Part shown: piece after piece, positions 35,587 to 47,593 of the stretch
Position numbering within the stretch: position 1 is the first letter of the stretch
Layout of the letters: each line of letters starts with the position of its first letter
NCBI GenBank assembly: GCA_003132585.1
Contig: PKYG01000095.1
Span: 21,931 to 85,930 of the forward strand
Direction of reading: 5' to 3'
Length of the DNA stretch: 64,000 bases
Source: Actinomycetota bacterium
Lineage (GTDB): Bacteria; Actinomycetota; Thermoleophilia; UBA2241
Notes under the pieces: generated by a model
The model's input: the letters and a program-made list of their open reading frames with translations, nothing else
Told to the model about the DNA's origin: nothing
Database searches by the model: none
Program-made: the position numbers and the translations under genes

Positions 35587-35751
35587 ATGAACGGCAAGAC
35601 CATCCGCATCTCCCTCGCCGACGGCGAACCGACCGGCATCCTCCTTGCCGAAATGCCGGCAACCGGACCGATGAGGTCGTCGTCGCGCCGCGCTTGCAGC
35701 TCGATCAAGCTCGCCAGGCGCGAGGAAGTGTGCGCTGAGCGCCAAGTGTAG
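35587..35751 (+). pseudogene. Second, degenerate and frameshifted copy of the DUF4357-like N-terminal segment (MNGKTIRISLADGEPTGILLAE...)
   Basis: Nucleotide similarity to 32741-32900 with indels. Confidence 0.4.
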
Positions 35752-35985
35752 GGAGGAGGAGACCCCGTTAACGGCTGAGGCCGCCCGCAAGCGAACGGCC
35801 TCGTTGCTCTTTCTACACAAGGTAGATGAGCCATGGGCAGTATCGACGGTGACGGGCTGAGAATCAAGTGATCGGCTCAAACGTGACCGACCTTTGGGCC
35901 GATGATCCGTCCACCCGTTCCTTCGTCACCCTCGCCTGATACGATGACGCCGCACCTACGCAGGCGTTCGGGGGGGTAAGGCGTC

Positions 35986-39078
<3,093 letters not shown>

Positions 39079-39149
39079 ACGGTGCCCGAGAAGTCAACGT
39101 CGCTCTTTCTCAGAGCCGACTCGTGAGGGACTTCGAGAAGTTCTTGTGG

Positions 39150-39187
39150 GGGACGGGGCGAGGGGCGACAGCCCCTCGCCCCGTCCC
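39150..39187. terminator. 17-bp GC-rich perfect hairpin (GGGACGGGGCGAGGGGC-GACA-GCCCCTCGCCCCGTCCC). Likely a bidirectional intrinsic terminator between hsdR and the convergent 39312-40343 gene.
   Basis: Seen directly. No U-tract, as is common in high-GC genomes. Confidence 0.5.
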
Positions 39188-39311
39188 ATTCCGCTGGGCG
39201 GTCCATGATGACCTCTGAGGCCTTCTTGCCCTCGCCCAGCAGGACCTCCGGCCTTGCGCGGCTTGGTTGATGATCTCCTCGGGGCGGTACCGCTTCTGTG
39301 AGGGGTGCAGG

Positions 39312-40343
39312 TCAGCGCCCCGTGTGCATGCTGCGCCGCCGTGCGATGCCGGCCATGCGGCCATCGCGGTCGTGGCGCGCTCCGTCGTCACCGTTCGCCT
39401 CGGCGAAGAAGGCGCCGTGCAGCGCGACGTCGTCGACGACCAGCGCCGAGCCGACCACACCGGGGCCGCGGTAACGCACGTCCCAGCCGCGGCCGGGCGA
39501 CTTGTGGGTGCGCCCCGTCAACTCGGCGACTGTACCCATGAAGGCGTTGGCGCGCGTCAGCGCCTCGTCGGCGCTCAGCTTGCGTTTCTTGCCGCCCGCC
39601 GGCGCCCCGGTCTCCGCCGCCGCCGCTTCGAGCGCGTAGCTCTGCAGCAGCTTGCGGTGCACCTGCGCGTACGCAGCCGTGCGCGAGATGAAGTCGACCC
39701 CGGCGACTTCACCGCCGAGCAGCACCAGCAGCCCGTGCTGGCCGTCGATGAGCGGGAAGGCGCCGAGGTACTCGTCGATCTCGTGCTGCCGCTCGACGAA
39801 GGCGTCGCGCATCGCGCCGGTGGGGGAATGGGTGCACTGGCGCATGTGCAACTGGTCGACCTCGTCCCACACGCGACCCTGGTCGCCGCTGTAGCCGGCG
39901 CCGTTGTCGAGACTCATCGCCACGCTCATGTGAAGCGCGCCGCGCACGCGGTGGTCGGCAACGTAGCCCGAGTCGGTAAACGCTGGGCTCACGTCGTGCC
40001 AGCGCCCCTGCTCAGTGCAGCTTACCGGCACGACCAGCTCGGAGTGAGCGCCGACGAGGATCGTCGCGTTGAGCACCCGGTTCTGCTTGGCCCCGGCCAG
40101 CTCTTCGCCGCCGAGGATCAGCGTCGCCAGCGAACCCGAGTTGACGACCATCAGATTGGGGACACTGCCACCCTTGTCGACCTCGGTGACGCGTACCTTG
40201 CCGCGGGCGATGCCCTCGGAGAGCGTGCGATAGTCGGGACCACGGTCACCGAGAAAGCTTAGCGGCACCACGGTCATCGCTTCGAACCTCTGCGGTTTCT
40301 TCGCCTCGAGATAGCGGGCGAAATCGGCTTTGATCTCGGTCAT
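39312..40343 (-). CDS. Hypothetical protein (343 aa)
   Basis: GAGGAGTGA SD 6 nt before the ATG. The ORF track extends to 40526 without SD support. Confidence 0.5.
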   Translation of the reverse strand: MTEIKADFARYLEAKKPQRFEAMTVVPLSFLGDRGPDYRTLSEGIARGKVRVTEVDKGGSVPNLMVVNSGSLATLILGGEELAGAKQNRVLNATILVGAHSELVVPVSCTEQGRWHDVSPAFTDSGYVADHRVRGALHMSVAMSLDNGAGYSGDQGRVWDEVDQLHMRQCTHSPTGAMRDAFVERQHEIDEYLGAFPLIDGQHGLLVLLGGEVAGVDFISRTAAYAQVHRKLLQSYALEAAAAETGAPAGGKKRKLSADEALTRANAFMGTVAELTGRTHKSPGRGWDVRYRGPGVVGSALVVDDVALHGAFFAEANGDDGARHDRDGRMAGIARRRSMHTGR

Positions 40344-40460
40344 GACGATCACTCCTCTCGCGACGGCCAATGCTCTTGCGGCATACTTACCGTCACCATT
40401 GATTAGAGCTGCTATGCCATGATAGCATACCCACGGACGGAAAACGATGCACAAGACTTG

Positions 40461-40528
40461 CCGTTGAGGCATGATGGCCATTGAGGACTCACGGCCCATG
40501 AGGGATAACGGCCGTTGAGGGATCACGG
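40461..40528. repeat. Four tandem 17-bp imperfect direct repeats (CCGTTGAGGCATGATGG / CCATTGAGGACTCACGG / CCCATGAGGGATAACGG / CCGTTGAGGGATCACGG) in the divergent promoter region
   Basis: Seen directly. 17-nt period. Iteron-like, candidate operator array. Confidence 0.5.
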
Positions 40529-40585
40529 CAGACGCGCGAAAGAGCAGGGATGAGCGGAGGAGGAGGCGTGAGCGGAGGAGCGGGC

Positions 40586-42085
40586 ATGTCCGACGACGAC
40601 GCTCACCAGATCGGCCTCGGCCGGCGGGTCGCGACGCTGCGCGAAGCGGCCGGCCTCACCCAGGCCGAGCTCGCTCGACGTTTGCACGTCACCCAGTCGG
40701 CCGTCAGTCGCATCGAGTCCGGCAGCCGGCGTCTGTCGGCCGCCCAGCTCGTGCGGCTGGCGGAGATCCTCGGCATCGAGCCCGGGGTGCTGCTCGCGCT
40801 CGACGAGGCGACTGCACCCGACGATGCGCTCGCAACCGACGACTCGCTCATGCCCGCGCAGTCGGCGCGTCGCCAGGCGTGGGCGTTTGGGCCACCGTCG
40901 GCGCCTCCCCCCAGCTACGCACTCAGGAGTGAGATCTCCCATTTGCCAGCCGAGCCACCGGAGTCATTGCGCCGTCTCGCGCGTGAGCGGCGGCCGCTTC
41001 AGCGCTCGCCGCAGCCCGAACGAGCGCTCGAGTCGCCGCCCCAACCATCGCTCGAGCCGCGGTTCCTGCCATCGCTCGAGCCGCCGCTGTTCGCCGAGGT
41101 CGTGCGCGACTGGTTCGCGGTCGCCGGGGCGGTCGCGGACGCCGGGGCGGTCGCGGACGCCGGGGCCGCTCCCGCGCTTCTGCCCGACCGACCCGGCGTG
41201 GTCGGGCTCGACCCGCATATCTCCGCCGGTGGCGCCGACCCGGTGCGCCTCGCCCGCTTCTGGCGCCACGAGTTCGGCGTCGGCGAGCGCGGTCCCCTGC
41301 CCGATCTCGTCGTGCTGCTCGAGGCGGCCGGCGTGCAGGTGATCGTCGCCCGCCTCGAGGGCGACAAGCCGCACGGCGCCTGCGCGGCGCTGCCGGCAGG
41401 CGCGGCCGGCCCGGCAGGCACCGCAGGTGCGGCAGACGCCGGCGCCCACCGCATCCCGTTCGTCTTCGTCAACAGCTTTGGCCGTCCCGTCGCCCTGCAG
41501 CGCTTCGCCCTGGCGCACGAGTTCGCCCACCTGGCGCTGGGGCACGGCGAAGCCTACGACGAGCTCATCGACTGGTCGGGTCGCAACCGCCGCGAGGTCG
41601 AGGCCAACATGTTCGCCGAGGAGTTCACGGCGCCGCTCGCCGCCGTGCGTCACTGGTTCGAGATGGAGGGTGGCAGCGGCCAGATCGACGACATCGAGTC
41701 GGTCGCGCGGCTGGCGAATCACTTCGGTGTGAGCTTCTGGGTGGCGCGCTATCGCGCCAAGGCGGCCGGCCTGCTCACCAGCCCCACGCGGCTGCGCGAC
41801 ATCGACCGCGAGCTGCGTCGCCGCGAGTTGCAGACATTGCCGCGCCAGCTCTTTCTCGGCGGCCTGCGCGACACGCTCTCCGTGCTCAGCTCCGAGATGC
41901 GCCCGGGTCAGGAGCAGAACCAGTTGCGCATCGCCCCGCAGGGCGTGCGCGTGCCCGGTCCGATGCGCGCCGCTGTGTTGCGCCTCCTCGAGGCCGGTGT
42001 TGCCACCCTCGAGGAGGCGCAAACCTGGCTGCGCATCGGCGCCGACGACCTCCGCTACCAGCTCGCCCAGTTCGGCGTCGAGTAG
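40586..42085 (+). CDS. Fused XRE-family HTH / ImmA-IrrE (M78, DUF955) zinc-metallopeptidase protein
   Basis: HTH LTQAELARRLHVTQSAVSRIE. HEXXH HEFAHLALGH. In-frame 18-nt tandem repeat (AVADAG x2). Alternative ATG at 40550. Confidence 0.75.
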   Translation: MSDDDAHQIGLGRRVATLREAAGLTQAELARRLHVTQSAVSRIESGSRRLSAAQLVRLAEILGIEPGVLLALDEATAPDDALATDDSLMPAQSARRQAWAFGPPSAPPPSYALRSEISHLPAEPPESLRRLARERRPLQRSPQPERALESPPQPSLEPRFLPSLEPPLFAEVVRDWFAVAGAVADAGAVADAGAAPALLPDRPGVVGLDPHISAGGADPVRLARFWRHEFGVGERGPLPDLVVLLEAAGVQVIVARLEGDKPHGACAALPAGAAGPAGTAGAADAGAHRIPFVFVNSFGRPVALQRFALAHEFAHLALGHGEAYDELIDWSGRNRREVEANMFAEEFTAPLAAVRHWFEMEGGSGQIDDIESVARLANHFGVSFWVARYRAKAAGLLTSPTRLRDIDRELRRRELQTLPRQLFLGGLRDTLSVLSSEMRPGQEQNQLRIAPQGVRVPGPMRAAVLRLLEAGVATLEEAQTWLRIGADDLRYQLAQFGVE

Positions 42086-42377
42086 CCGCGCCGGTCAGAC
42101 GACGGCGCCGATCACTTCGCGCACTTCTGTGAGTCAGCGTGCGCGGCCCGCATGGTCATCTTCAGCCTACCGAGCACCGCCGCGTCCCCCGCCCCTCTCA
42201 GGCGGCCGTGGCGAACGTCACCTCGCGCGGCCGATCGTCATCTATCGCCCGGAGAAGGCCGCCCGTAGCATGAGCGCATGATCGAGCTTGCCTCTGTGGT
42301 ATGGTAGCGGTAATCCTCCCCGTCGTCCGGGTTTCGGTCCGCACTGGCGGGGTTTTCTTCTCCCCGGCGGCCTGAGC

Positions 42378-42980
42378 GTGCTGCGGGTGGTCGTCTTCCT
42401 CGACTTCCAGAATGTGTACCATCGCGCCCGAGGCTGCTTCTGCCGCGGCGACGCTCCCCACTGGGAGGGCCAGGTGGACTGCCTCGCTCTGGGGCAGAGA
42501 CTCGTCGCACGCGGTTCCGATGCACGCGAGCTGAAGCAAGTGCGCGCCTATCGGGGCATGCCGTCATCGGCGAGAGACCCCAAGGCTTACGGCGCCAACC
42601 GTCGCCAGTCCGCGCGCCTGGTCAGGCGAGGGCAGGGGAGGGTACAGATCGTTGCCCGACCGCTGCGCTACCCGGCGGCCTACCCGCGCGAGAAGCCCGA
42701 AGAGAAAGGGATCGATGTGGTCCTCGCCGTCGACTTTGTGATGATGGCGGCGCGCGATGAGTATGACGTCGGCATCCTCATGTCCACCGACACCGACCTC
42801 GTTCCCGCACTCGAAGCGGTGTCCGAGTTGCGCGGGCCGAGGTGTGAAGTCGCCGCGTGGAAGAACCCGCGAGGCAGTTCGAGTCGACTTGCGGTGCGCG
42901 GCCATGACGTGCCGTGCCACTGGCTCGAAGCCGCCGACTATGCCGCTGTCTTCGACGACACCGACTACACGGTGCCGTGA
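42378..42980 (+). CDS. NYN-domain (LabA-like) putative ribonuclease
   Basis: RVVVFLDFQNVY...EKGIDVVLAVDFVMMA...YDVGILMSTDTDLVPALE. Start uncertain (the ORF is open from 42288). Confidence 0.65.
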   Translation: MLRVVVFLDFQNVYHRARGCFCRGDAPHWEGQVDCLALGQRLVARGSDARELKQVRAYRGMPSSARDPKAYGANRRQSARLVRRGQGRVQIVARPLRYPAAYPREKPEEKGIDVVLAVDFVMMAARDEYDVGILMSTDTDLVPALEAVSELRGPRCEVAAWKNPRGSSSRLAVRGHDVPCHWLEAADYAAVFDDTDYTVP

Positions 42981-43017
42981 CGGTCTGCCGCCCCGCTCAC
43001 GACCCGCGCCCCCTCAC

Positions 43018-43872
43018 TCAGAACGACCGCACTGCCCGCACTCCCCACAGGTTGGCCTTGTTGCTGCCGTACTGGCCGCCGCCGAGGGGGGCGAAGTCCT
43101 GGTTCCATGCCCCGTTGACGTCGTACTCGGACGAGCTCCAGTAGTAACCGTCCGGAGCACCCACAAAGCCACCGATCGTTGCCTGGTTGAGGAACAACAG
43201 GTTCAGTTCGTCCTTGCTGGGCAAGTACCAGTCGGTGTAGCTGCCGCCGTTGTAGGCTCGTGCCAGACCAGCGGCATAGTCGGTCGCGGTCGGGCCCAGC
43301 GCGGCGATGAGGTTGTTGGTGTTGGCCAACCCCGTGCCCAGCGCCGTTCCTGTGGTTCCGATGACTGCGTACGTACCGTTGTACCACTGGATTCCGGTGC
43401 TCTGGCTCTGGTCGGCTGTGGCCGCGATCAATCCGTGTGTTTGCCCGGCTACGTAACCAGGGTCTCCACTCTGCAGGATGTAGGCGATCTTGCCGCCCTG
43501 GTAGGCATCGCCGATTGCGAGGCGCCTCACCTTGAACGTGATCCGGTTGCTCCACACGCCGTTGCCGGCGGAGTTGTGGGCACGGACCTTCCAGAAGTAG
43601 GAGACGCCCCTGGGCAGCACCTTGGTGCTCTGCCACGACAACTTTGTGATTCCGGTCTTCCTGACCAGCAGCGTGGTACCTCTGTAGACACGGACCTCGT
43701 AGCTTGCGGCGCGCGCGGGTTGAGTCCACTTGAAGGTCGGCCTGACGGCGAGAATGGTGCCCGTGGGCGCCTTGGCCGTGGGTCTGCCCGGCGCCGTGAT
43801 CGCGCTCGCCGGCGCGACGGCGCCGAAGAGACAGCAGAGCGTGAGCAGCGCCAGTACGAGACTCTTCTTCAT
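43018..43872 (-). CDS. Secreted protein with a fibronectin-III-like domain and a DUF1566 (Lcl C-terminal) domain
   Basis: Signal peptide MKKSLVLALLTLCCLFGAVAPASA. DWYLPSKDELNLL...YWSSSE...NLWGVRAVR. Confidence 0.7.
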   Translation of the reverse strand: MKKSLVLALLTLCCLFGAVAPASAITAPGRPTAKAPTGTILAVRPTFKWTQPARAASYEVRVYRGTTLLVRKTGITKLSWQSTKVLPRGVSYFWKVRAHNSAGNGVWSNRITFKVRRLAIGDAYQGGKIAYILQSGDPGYVAGQTHGLIAATADQSQSTGIQWYNGTYAVIGTTGTALGTGLANTNNLIAALGPTATDYAAGLARAYNGGSYTDWYLPSKDELNLLFLNQATIGGFVGAPDGYYWSSSEYDVNGAWNQDFAPLGGGQYGSNKANLWGVRAVRSF

Positions 43873-44062
43873 TACTTCTTCCTCCATGCTAGCCGGCCGG
43901 GGTTTGGTCGAGTATTTCGCGGTTGACCCTGACGACGCAAGCCGCAGTGCGCAGCCCGCATAATCATTGTTAGCCCAACAAGTTCACCGGCATCTGGTCA
44001 GGATGTCCGTGGGCGGCGGTACAATAGAAATGACCGCTGCGTCCACAATGAGGTGTATGGCG

Positions 44063-44287
44063 ATGACCATCGACGAACTTAGACGTGAAGCACTGGGGCT
44101 CGACCCTTCCATCCGGGCAAGTCTGGCCCGCGAATTGCTCAGCAGCCTCGACGACCTATCAGAGGGCGAGATCGAGCAGCTCTGGTTGAAGGAGTCCGTT
44201 CGACGCCACGACGAAGTGGTCTCGGGCGCGGTCGAGACCGTGGCCATGGACGAGGCGCTCGCCAAAGCCCGAGCCGCTCGAGGATGA
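44063..44287 (+). CDS. Putative addiction-module antitoxin (TIGR02574-like small helical protein)
   Basis: MTIDELRREALGLDPSIRASLARELLSSLDD... Stop overlaps the ParE-like toxin start. Confidence 0.6.
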   Translation: MTIDELRREALGLDPSIRASLARELLSSLDDLSEGEIEQLWLKESVRRHDEVVSGAVETVAMDEALAKARAARG

Positions 44288-44580
44288 GTCACCGCGCACG
44301 GCTTCACCCCGCCGCGCAGCGCGAACTCGACGAGGCTGCAGAGTTCTACGACTTCGAAGGTCCGGGGCTTGGCACCGCGTTCCTCGACGAGATCGAGCGC
44401 GCCGTCAAACAGATCGGCGAGTTCCCCGAGTCCTCACCGGTCGTCCTCGCTCCCGTCCGCAAGAAGGTCATCTCGGCCTTCCCGTACTCCGTGATGTACT
44501 CGGTGATCGACGACGTCGTCATCGTGCTCGCGTTCGCCCACCATCGCCGCAGACCGTTCTATTGGCGTGGGCGTGAGTAG
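44284..44580 (+). CDS. Type II toxin, ParE/RelE family
   Basis: 98 aa, ...FPYSVMYSVIDDVVIVLAFAHHRRRP. 4-nt overlap with the upstream antitoxin. Confidence 0.7.
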   Translation: MSHRARLHPAAQRELDEAAEFYDFEGPGLGTAFLDEIERAVKQIGEFPESSPVVLAPVRKKVISAFPYSVMYSVIDDVVIVLAFAHHRRRPFYWRGRE

Positions 44581-44610
44581 GCGTGCAGTGTTGGACTAAC
44601 GACCGCGGCG

Positions 44611-44647
44611 TCGACTAGCGCTTGATCAGGATGACCTCGTCGCGCCG
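44611..44647 (-). pseudogene. Third, 3'-terminal remnant of the duplicated 92-aa gene (...DEVILIKR stop)
   Basis: GTCGACTAGCGCTTGATCAGGATGACCTCGTCGC matches the 3' ends of the 47590 and 49207 copies. Confidence 0.35.
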
Positions 44648-44712
44648 GATACGTATGGTTACGTATCTGGTAGAAGCGGCGTCCGTGGGCTCGCTGCAGA
44701 ATGGTTTGACAA

Positions 44713-44730
44713 TAACGTAAGCTTACGTTA
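44713..44730. promoter_or_regulatory. Perfect 18-bp palindrome TAACGTAAGCTTACGTTA 13 nt upstream of padR, plus two TACGTA sites at 44651-44666. Candidate PadR operator(s).
   Basis: Seen directly. Confidence 0.45.
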
Positions 44731-44742
44731 TGGTCTCTCATC

Positions 44743-45231
44743 ATGGGACGTATCTTCGGCAAGGGTGAGCTGCCAAAAGCCTTACTGGTCGTCATCGCCA
44801 CGTTGGGCGAGGGCCACGGGTACGCGATCATGCAAGCGCTCAAGGAGCGCGTCGGCGGCCGCTGGCAGCCGAGCCCCGGAGCGATCTACCCGGCGCTGCT
44901 GGCGCTCGAGGAGAGAGGTCTTATCGCTGCCGAAGAGCGCGAGGGTTCGCGTGTCTATCGGCTCACCGATGTCGGCGCCACCGCGCTGACCGAAGAGTCC
45001 GCGGGCGCGTCGTGGGCGTCGCTGAGCGCCCGCGCCGAGACCGCCCCCAAGCGCGTGACGCTCACGCAGCTCGTGCGCGACTTTCAGGCAGATCTGCCGG
45101 TCCACGCCACGGCGCTCAGCGCCGAGCAGGCCCTGCGCGTGCGCGACGCCCTCACCATGGCCGCCCGCCAGATCAGGGAGCTCCTCAGCCAACGAGATTC
45201 CGACCGCGATGAAGGAGAGAGCAATGGATGA
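44743..45231 (+). CDS. PadR family transcriptional regulator
   Basis: GHGYAIMQAL...GAIYPALLALEERGLI. Confidence 0.8.
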   Translation: MGRIFGKGELPKALLVVIATLGEGHGYAIMQALKERVGGRWQPSPGAIYPALLALEERGLIAAEEREGSRVYRLTDVGATALTEESAGASWASLSARAETAPKRVTLTQLVRDFQADLPVHATALSAEQALRVRDALTMAARQIRELLSQRDSDRDEGESNG

Positions 45232-45505
45232 CTTCGGCAAGCTGGCCTGGCAGGAGCTGGAGGCGCGGCGCGCCGCCAAGCGCCAGCTCTTCTGGCTGCA
45301 CTTCACGATTTGGGCGCTCGTTGGCGTGCTCCTCTTCGTCATCTGGTTGCTCGCCACTCCGCATGTCATGCCGTGGTTCCTGATCCCCATCTTCGCCTGG
45401 GCGATCTTCCTCGGCGGACACGCGGCCTACGTGTTCATCCTGCACAGCCCGCAGGAGATCCTGGTCGCGCGCCAACGCGACGCAGAGAAGGATCGCAAAT
45501 CGTGA
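45224..45505 (+). CDS. Small 2TM-domain membrane protein
   Basis: Two hydrophobic helices. Overlaps the padR stop and the next gene start, so operon-like. Confidence 0.6.
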   Translation: MDDFGKLAWQELEARRAAKRQLFWLHFTIWALVGVLLFVIWLLATPHVMPWFLIPIFAWAIFLGGHAAYVFILHSPQEILVARQRDAEKDRKS

Positions 45506-46341
45506 GTGCGGGCGCTGATTCGCCACCGTCGCGTGAGTCCATGCTCGGAGTCCTCTGGAGCGACAAGACCTACAGGGACTTGCTCTACATCCTCGTGGAG
45601 TTTCCCCTGGGCATCTTCTACTTCACGTTCGTGGTCACGGTGCTCTCCGTGGGGCTCAGCCTGGTGTGGACGTTCGTGGGCTTCGCGATCATCGTTTTCG
45701 CGCTGGTCGTCTGCCGGTCGCTGACGCTGTTCGAGTGCCGCATGGCGGAGCTGCTGACCGGCCACCAGATGCCCAGCGTGCCCGTCCTCGCCACATCGGA
45801 GCTGGGATTCTGGCCGCGGATCTGGGCGATCCTCAAGGACCGCGAGTCGTGGATGAGCATGCTCTACCTGTTCCTGCGCTTCCCGGCGAGCCTCATCGCC
45901 TTCTGCGTGATGGTGAGCCTGGTGAGCGGCAGCATCTGGGCCATCCTGCAGCCGCTCGTCATCGCCTTCGGTGTGCACTCGGATTGGGGCGCGTGGCACA
46001 TAGACACCGTCGGCGAGGGCTTTCTCTTCGTGCTGCCCGGCCTCGTCCTGCTGCCGCTCTCGCTGCATGTGAGCAGGGCCTTGGCGACGTGGCTCGCGGA
46101 CTCCACGCGCTGGATCGTCGGCCGCGTGAGCGCCGGCCAGATGCGCGAGCTGGTGCTGCGCGCCCTGGCCGATGGCCGCGGCCGCAGCGGCGAGACCCTC
46201 ATTCGCGAGCTGCAACTCTTTCACGGTTACAGCGTCGATCTCACGGCGACCAAGGTCTACGGCACGCTGCTCGGCCTGGAGTCGGCCGGGCTCGTGGCGC
46301 ACGCGGAGCGCGAGGGAGTGGAGATCTACACCCTTCGCTGA
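45502..46341 (+). CDS. Membrane protein with multiple TM helices (putative sensor-domain protein) and a C-terminal winged-helix-like region
   Basis: GTG overlaps the upstream stop. Six hydrophobic helices. C-terminal ...VYGTLLGLESAGLVAHAEREGVEIYTL is PadR-like. Confidence 0.6.
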   Translation: MSAGADSPPSRESMLGVLWSDKTYRDLLYILVEFPLGIFYFTFVVTVLSVGLSLVWTFVGFAIIVFALVVCRSLTLFECRMAELLTGHQMPSVPVLATSELGFWPRIWAILKDRESWMSMLYLFLRFPASLIAFCVMVSLVSGSIWAILQPLVIAFGVHSDWGAWHIDTVGEGFLFVLPGLVLLPLSLHVSRALATWLADSTRWIVGRVSAGQMRELVLRALADGRGRSGETLIRELQLFHGYSVDLTATKVYGTLLGLESAGLVAHAEREGVEIYTLR

Positions 46342-46441
46342 TCACCAGAACAGGACGACGCCGCCCACGGCCTCGGCCTGTGGCTTCTGCCCCCAACGCG
46401 CTGTAGTGTGATGCCACTAGTGTGTCGAGATGGGAGGGGCC

Positions 46442-47593
46442 ATGCTCGAGATCCTTCAGGTCGCTGTCGGCGTACTCATCCTCGTTGTCCTCGTGCTTCT
46501 GGTGATATGGCTGTTCAGGCCGAGTCGCAAGCGAGCGTTAGTGATTCTCGGCCCCGTTCTGGCCGTGCTCGTCGTCATTCTGTTGGCGGTCCTGGCGCTG
46601 CCCAACTACAAACTGAACCTGCCGAGTGGTAACCGCGTGGTCGCGACCGAGTCTACCGGCCTGAAGATCGGCATCCGCAACGCAGGGTTCGCTGCCGGCA
46701 ACTACTCCGCTGCTTACGCACTCGACAGTATCAAGCAATCCGACGTTGTGGTTCGCGTCGGTGGCCGCAGCACGGCTGAGGTCAGCGTGCCCCTGCCCAG
46801 TGATCTCGCGCCGGGTTCGCATACGGTGGCCATCGGCGACGCAAGCTTCAAGATCACCGCCCTCAAACCCGCCGCCTTCCAGGTCTCCCCGCTGGAGCCA
46901 AGCATCAAGATGGCGAAGACCGGCCAGCAGGTGACGGTCTCCGCCGACGTGATGAACACCGGGGAAGCGCCGGGGGAGTTCGACGGCGTTCTCTACGCCG
47001 ATGGCAGGAGCTACGACGCTCAGCCGACCACGCTTGCCCCCGGCACGCAGCAAACGCTGGCGTTCACGTTCACGAGCAACTCTCAGGGCAAGCACAGCCT
47101 GCGCCTCGGCAACGCTACTCGCAGCCTCGTCGTCGTCAAGCCCATCCACTTCCCGAACGGCCACTACTTGCGGCGGACCGTGTCAGGGGGGCGGGGGACC
47201 CTGACGATCACGAACGGCAACTCGAACGATGGTGTCGTGGTCGTCACACGCACGTCGGCGCGCAATGTGCCGGTCATCGCCTGCTGGGTCGAAGCCCGTC
47301 ACAAGTGGACCGTGACCGGCATCCCGGACGGCAGCTACTGGGTCTTCTACACCGTGGGTCGTGACTGGAACACCTATACCGACGGCTTCCTCACGACCAC
47401 CAGGCGTGTCCGCTTCCACACCCCGATGCGCTTCAGTACCTCCACGTGGACGACGTCCTGGTCGACCTCTGCGTATCTCTACACTCAGGGTCACGTGCAG
47501 TGGTCGGTCTGGCGGATCACGCTGAATCCGGTCTACGGCGGCACTGCGCGCACCGACGACGTGGGAGAGGGCGGGTTCCCGCGCGTGCCCTAG
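46442..47593 (+). CDS. Membrane-anchored hypothetical protein with beta-rich (Ig/CARDB-like) extracytoplasmic region
   Basis: N-terminal TM helices. Ser/Thr/Val-rich beta-like composition. Confidence 0.55.
   Translation: MLEILQVAVGVLILVVLVLLVIWLFRPSRKRALVILGPVLAVLVVILLAVLALPNYKLNLPSGNRVVATESTGLKIGIRNAGFAAGNYSAAYALDSIKQSDVVVRVGGRSTAEVSVPLPSDLAPGSHTVAIGDASFKITALKPAAFQVSPLEPSIKMAKTGQQVTVSADVMNTGEAPGEFDGVLYADGRSYDAQPTTLAPGTQQTLAFTFTSNSQGKHSLRLGNATRSLVVVKPIHFPNGHYLRRTVSGGRGTLTITNGNSNDGVVVVTRTSARNVPVIACWVEARHKWTVTGIPDGSYWVFYTVGRDWNTYTDGFLTTTRRVRFHTPMRFSTSTWTTSWSTSAYLYTQGHVQWSVWRITLNPVYGGTARTDDVGEGGFPRVP

Noticed and set aside
39267-40262. 331-aa plus-strand ORF overlapping the 39312-40343 minus-strand gene
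   Set aside because: Arg/Ala/Val-rich. The minus-strand frame has a strong SD and a more protein-like composition. Call retained on the minus strand with moderate confidence only.
40964-42022. 352-aa ORF antisense to the XRE/M78 gene, and the 42757-43926 ORF antisense to the DUF1566 gene
   Set aside because: Antisense artefacts.
45427-46302. 291-aa ORF antisense to the sensor-membrane gene
   Set aside because: Asp/Glu/Arg/His-rich low-complexity translation. The sense frame encodes six clear TM helices.
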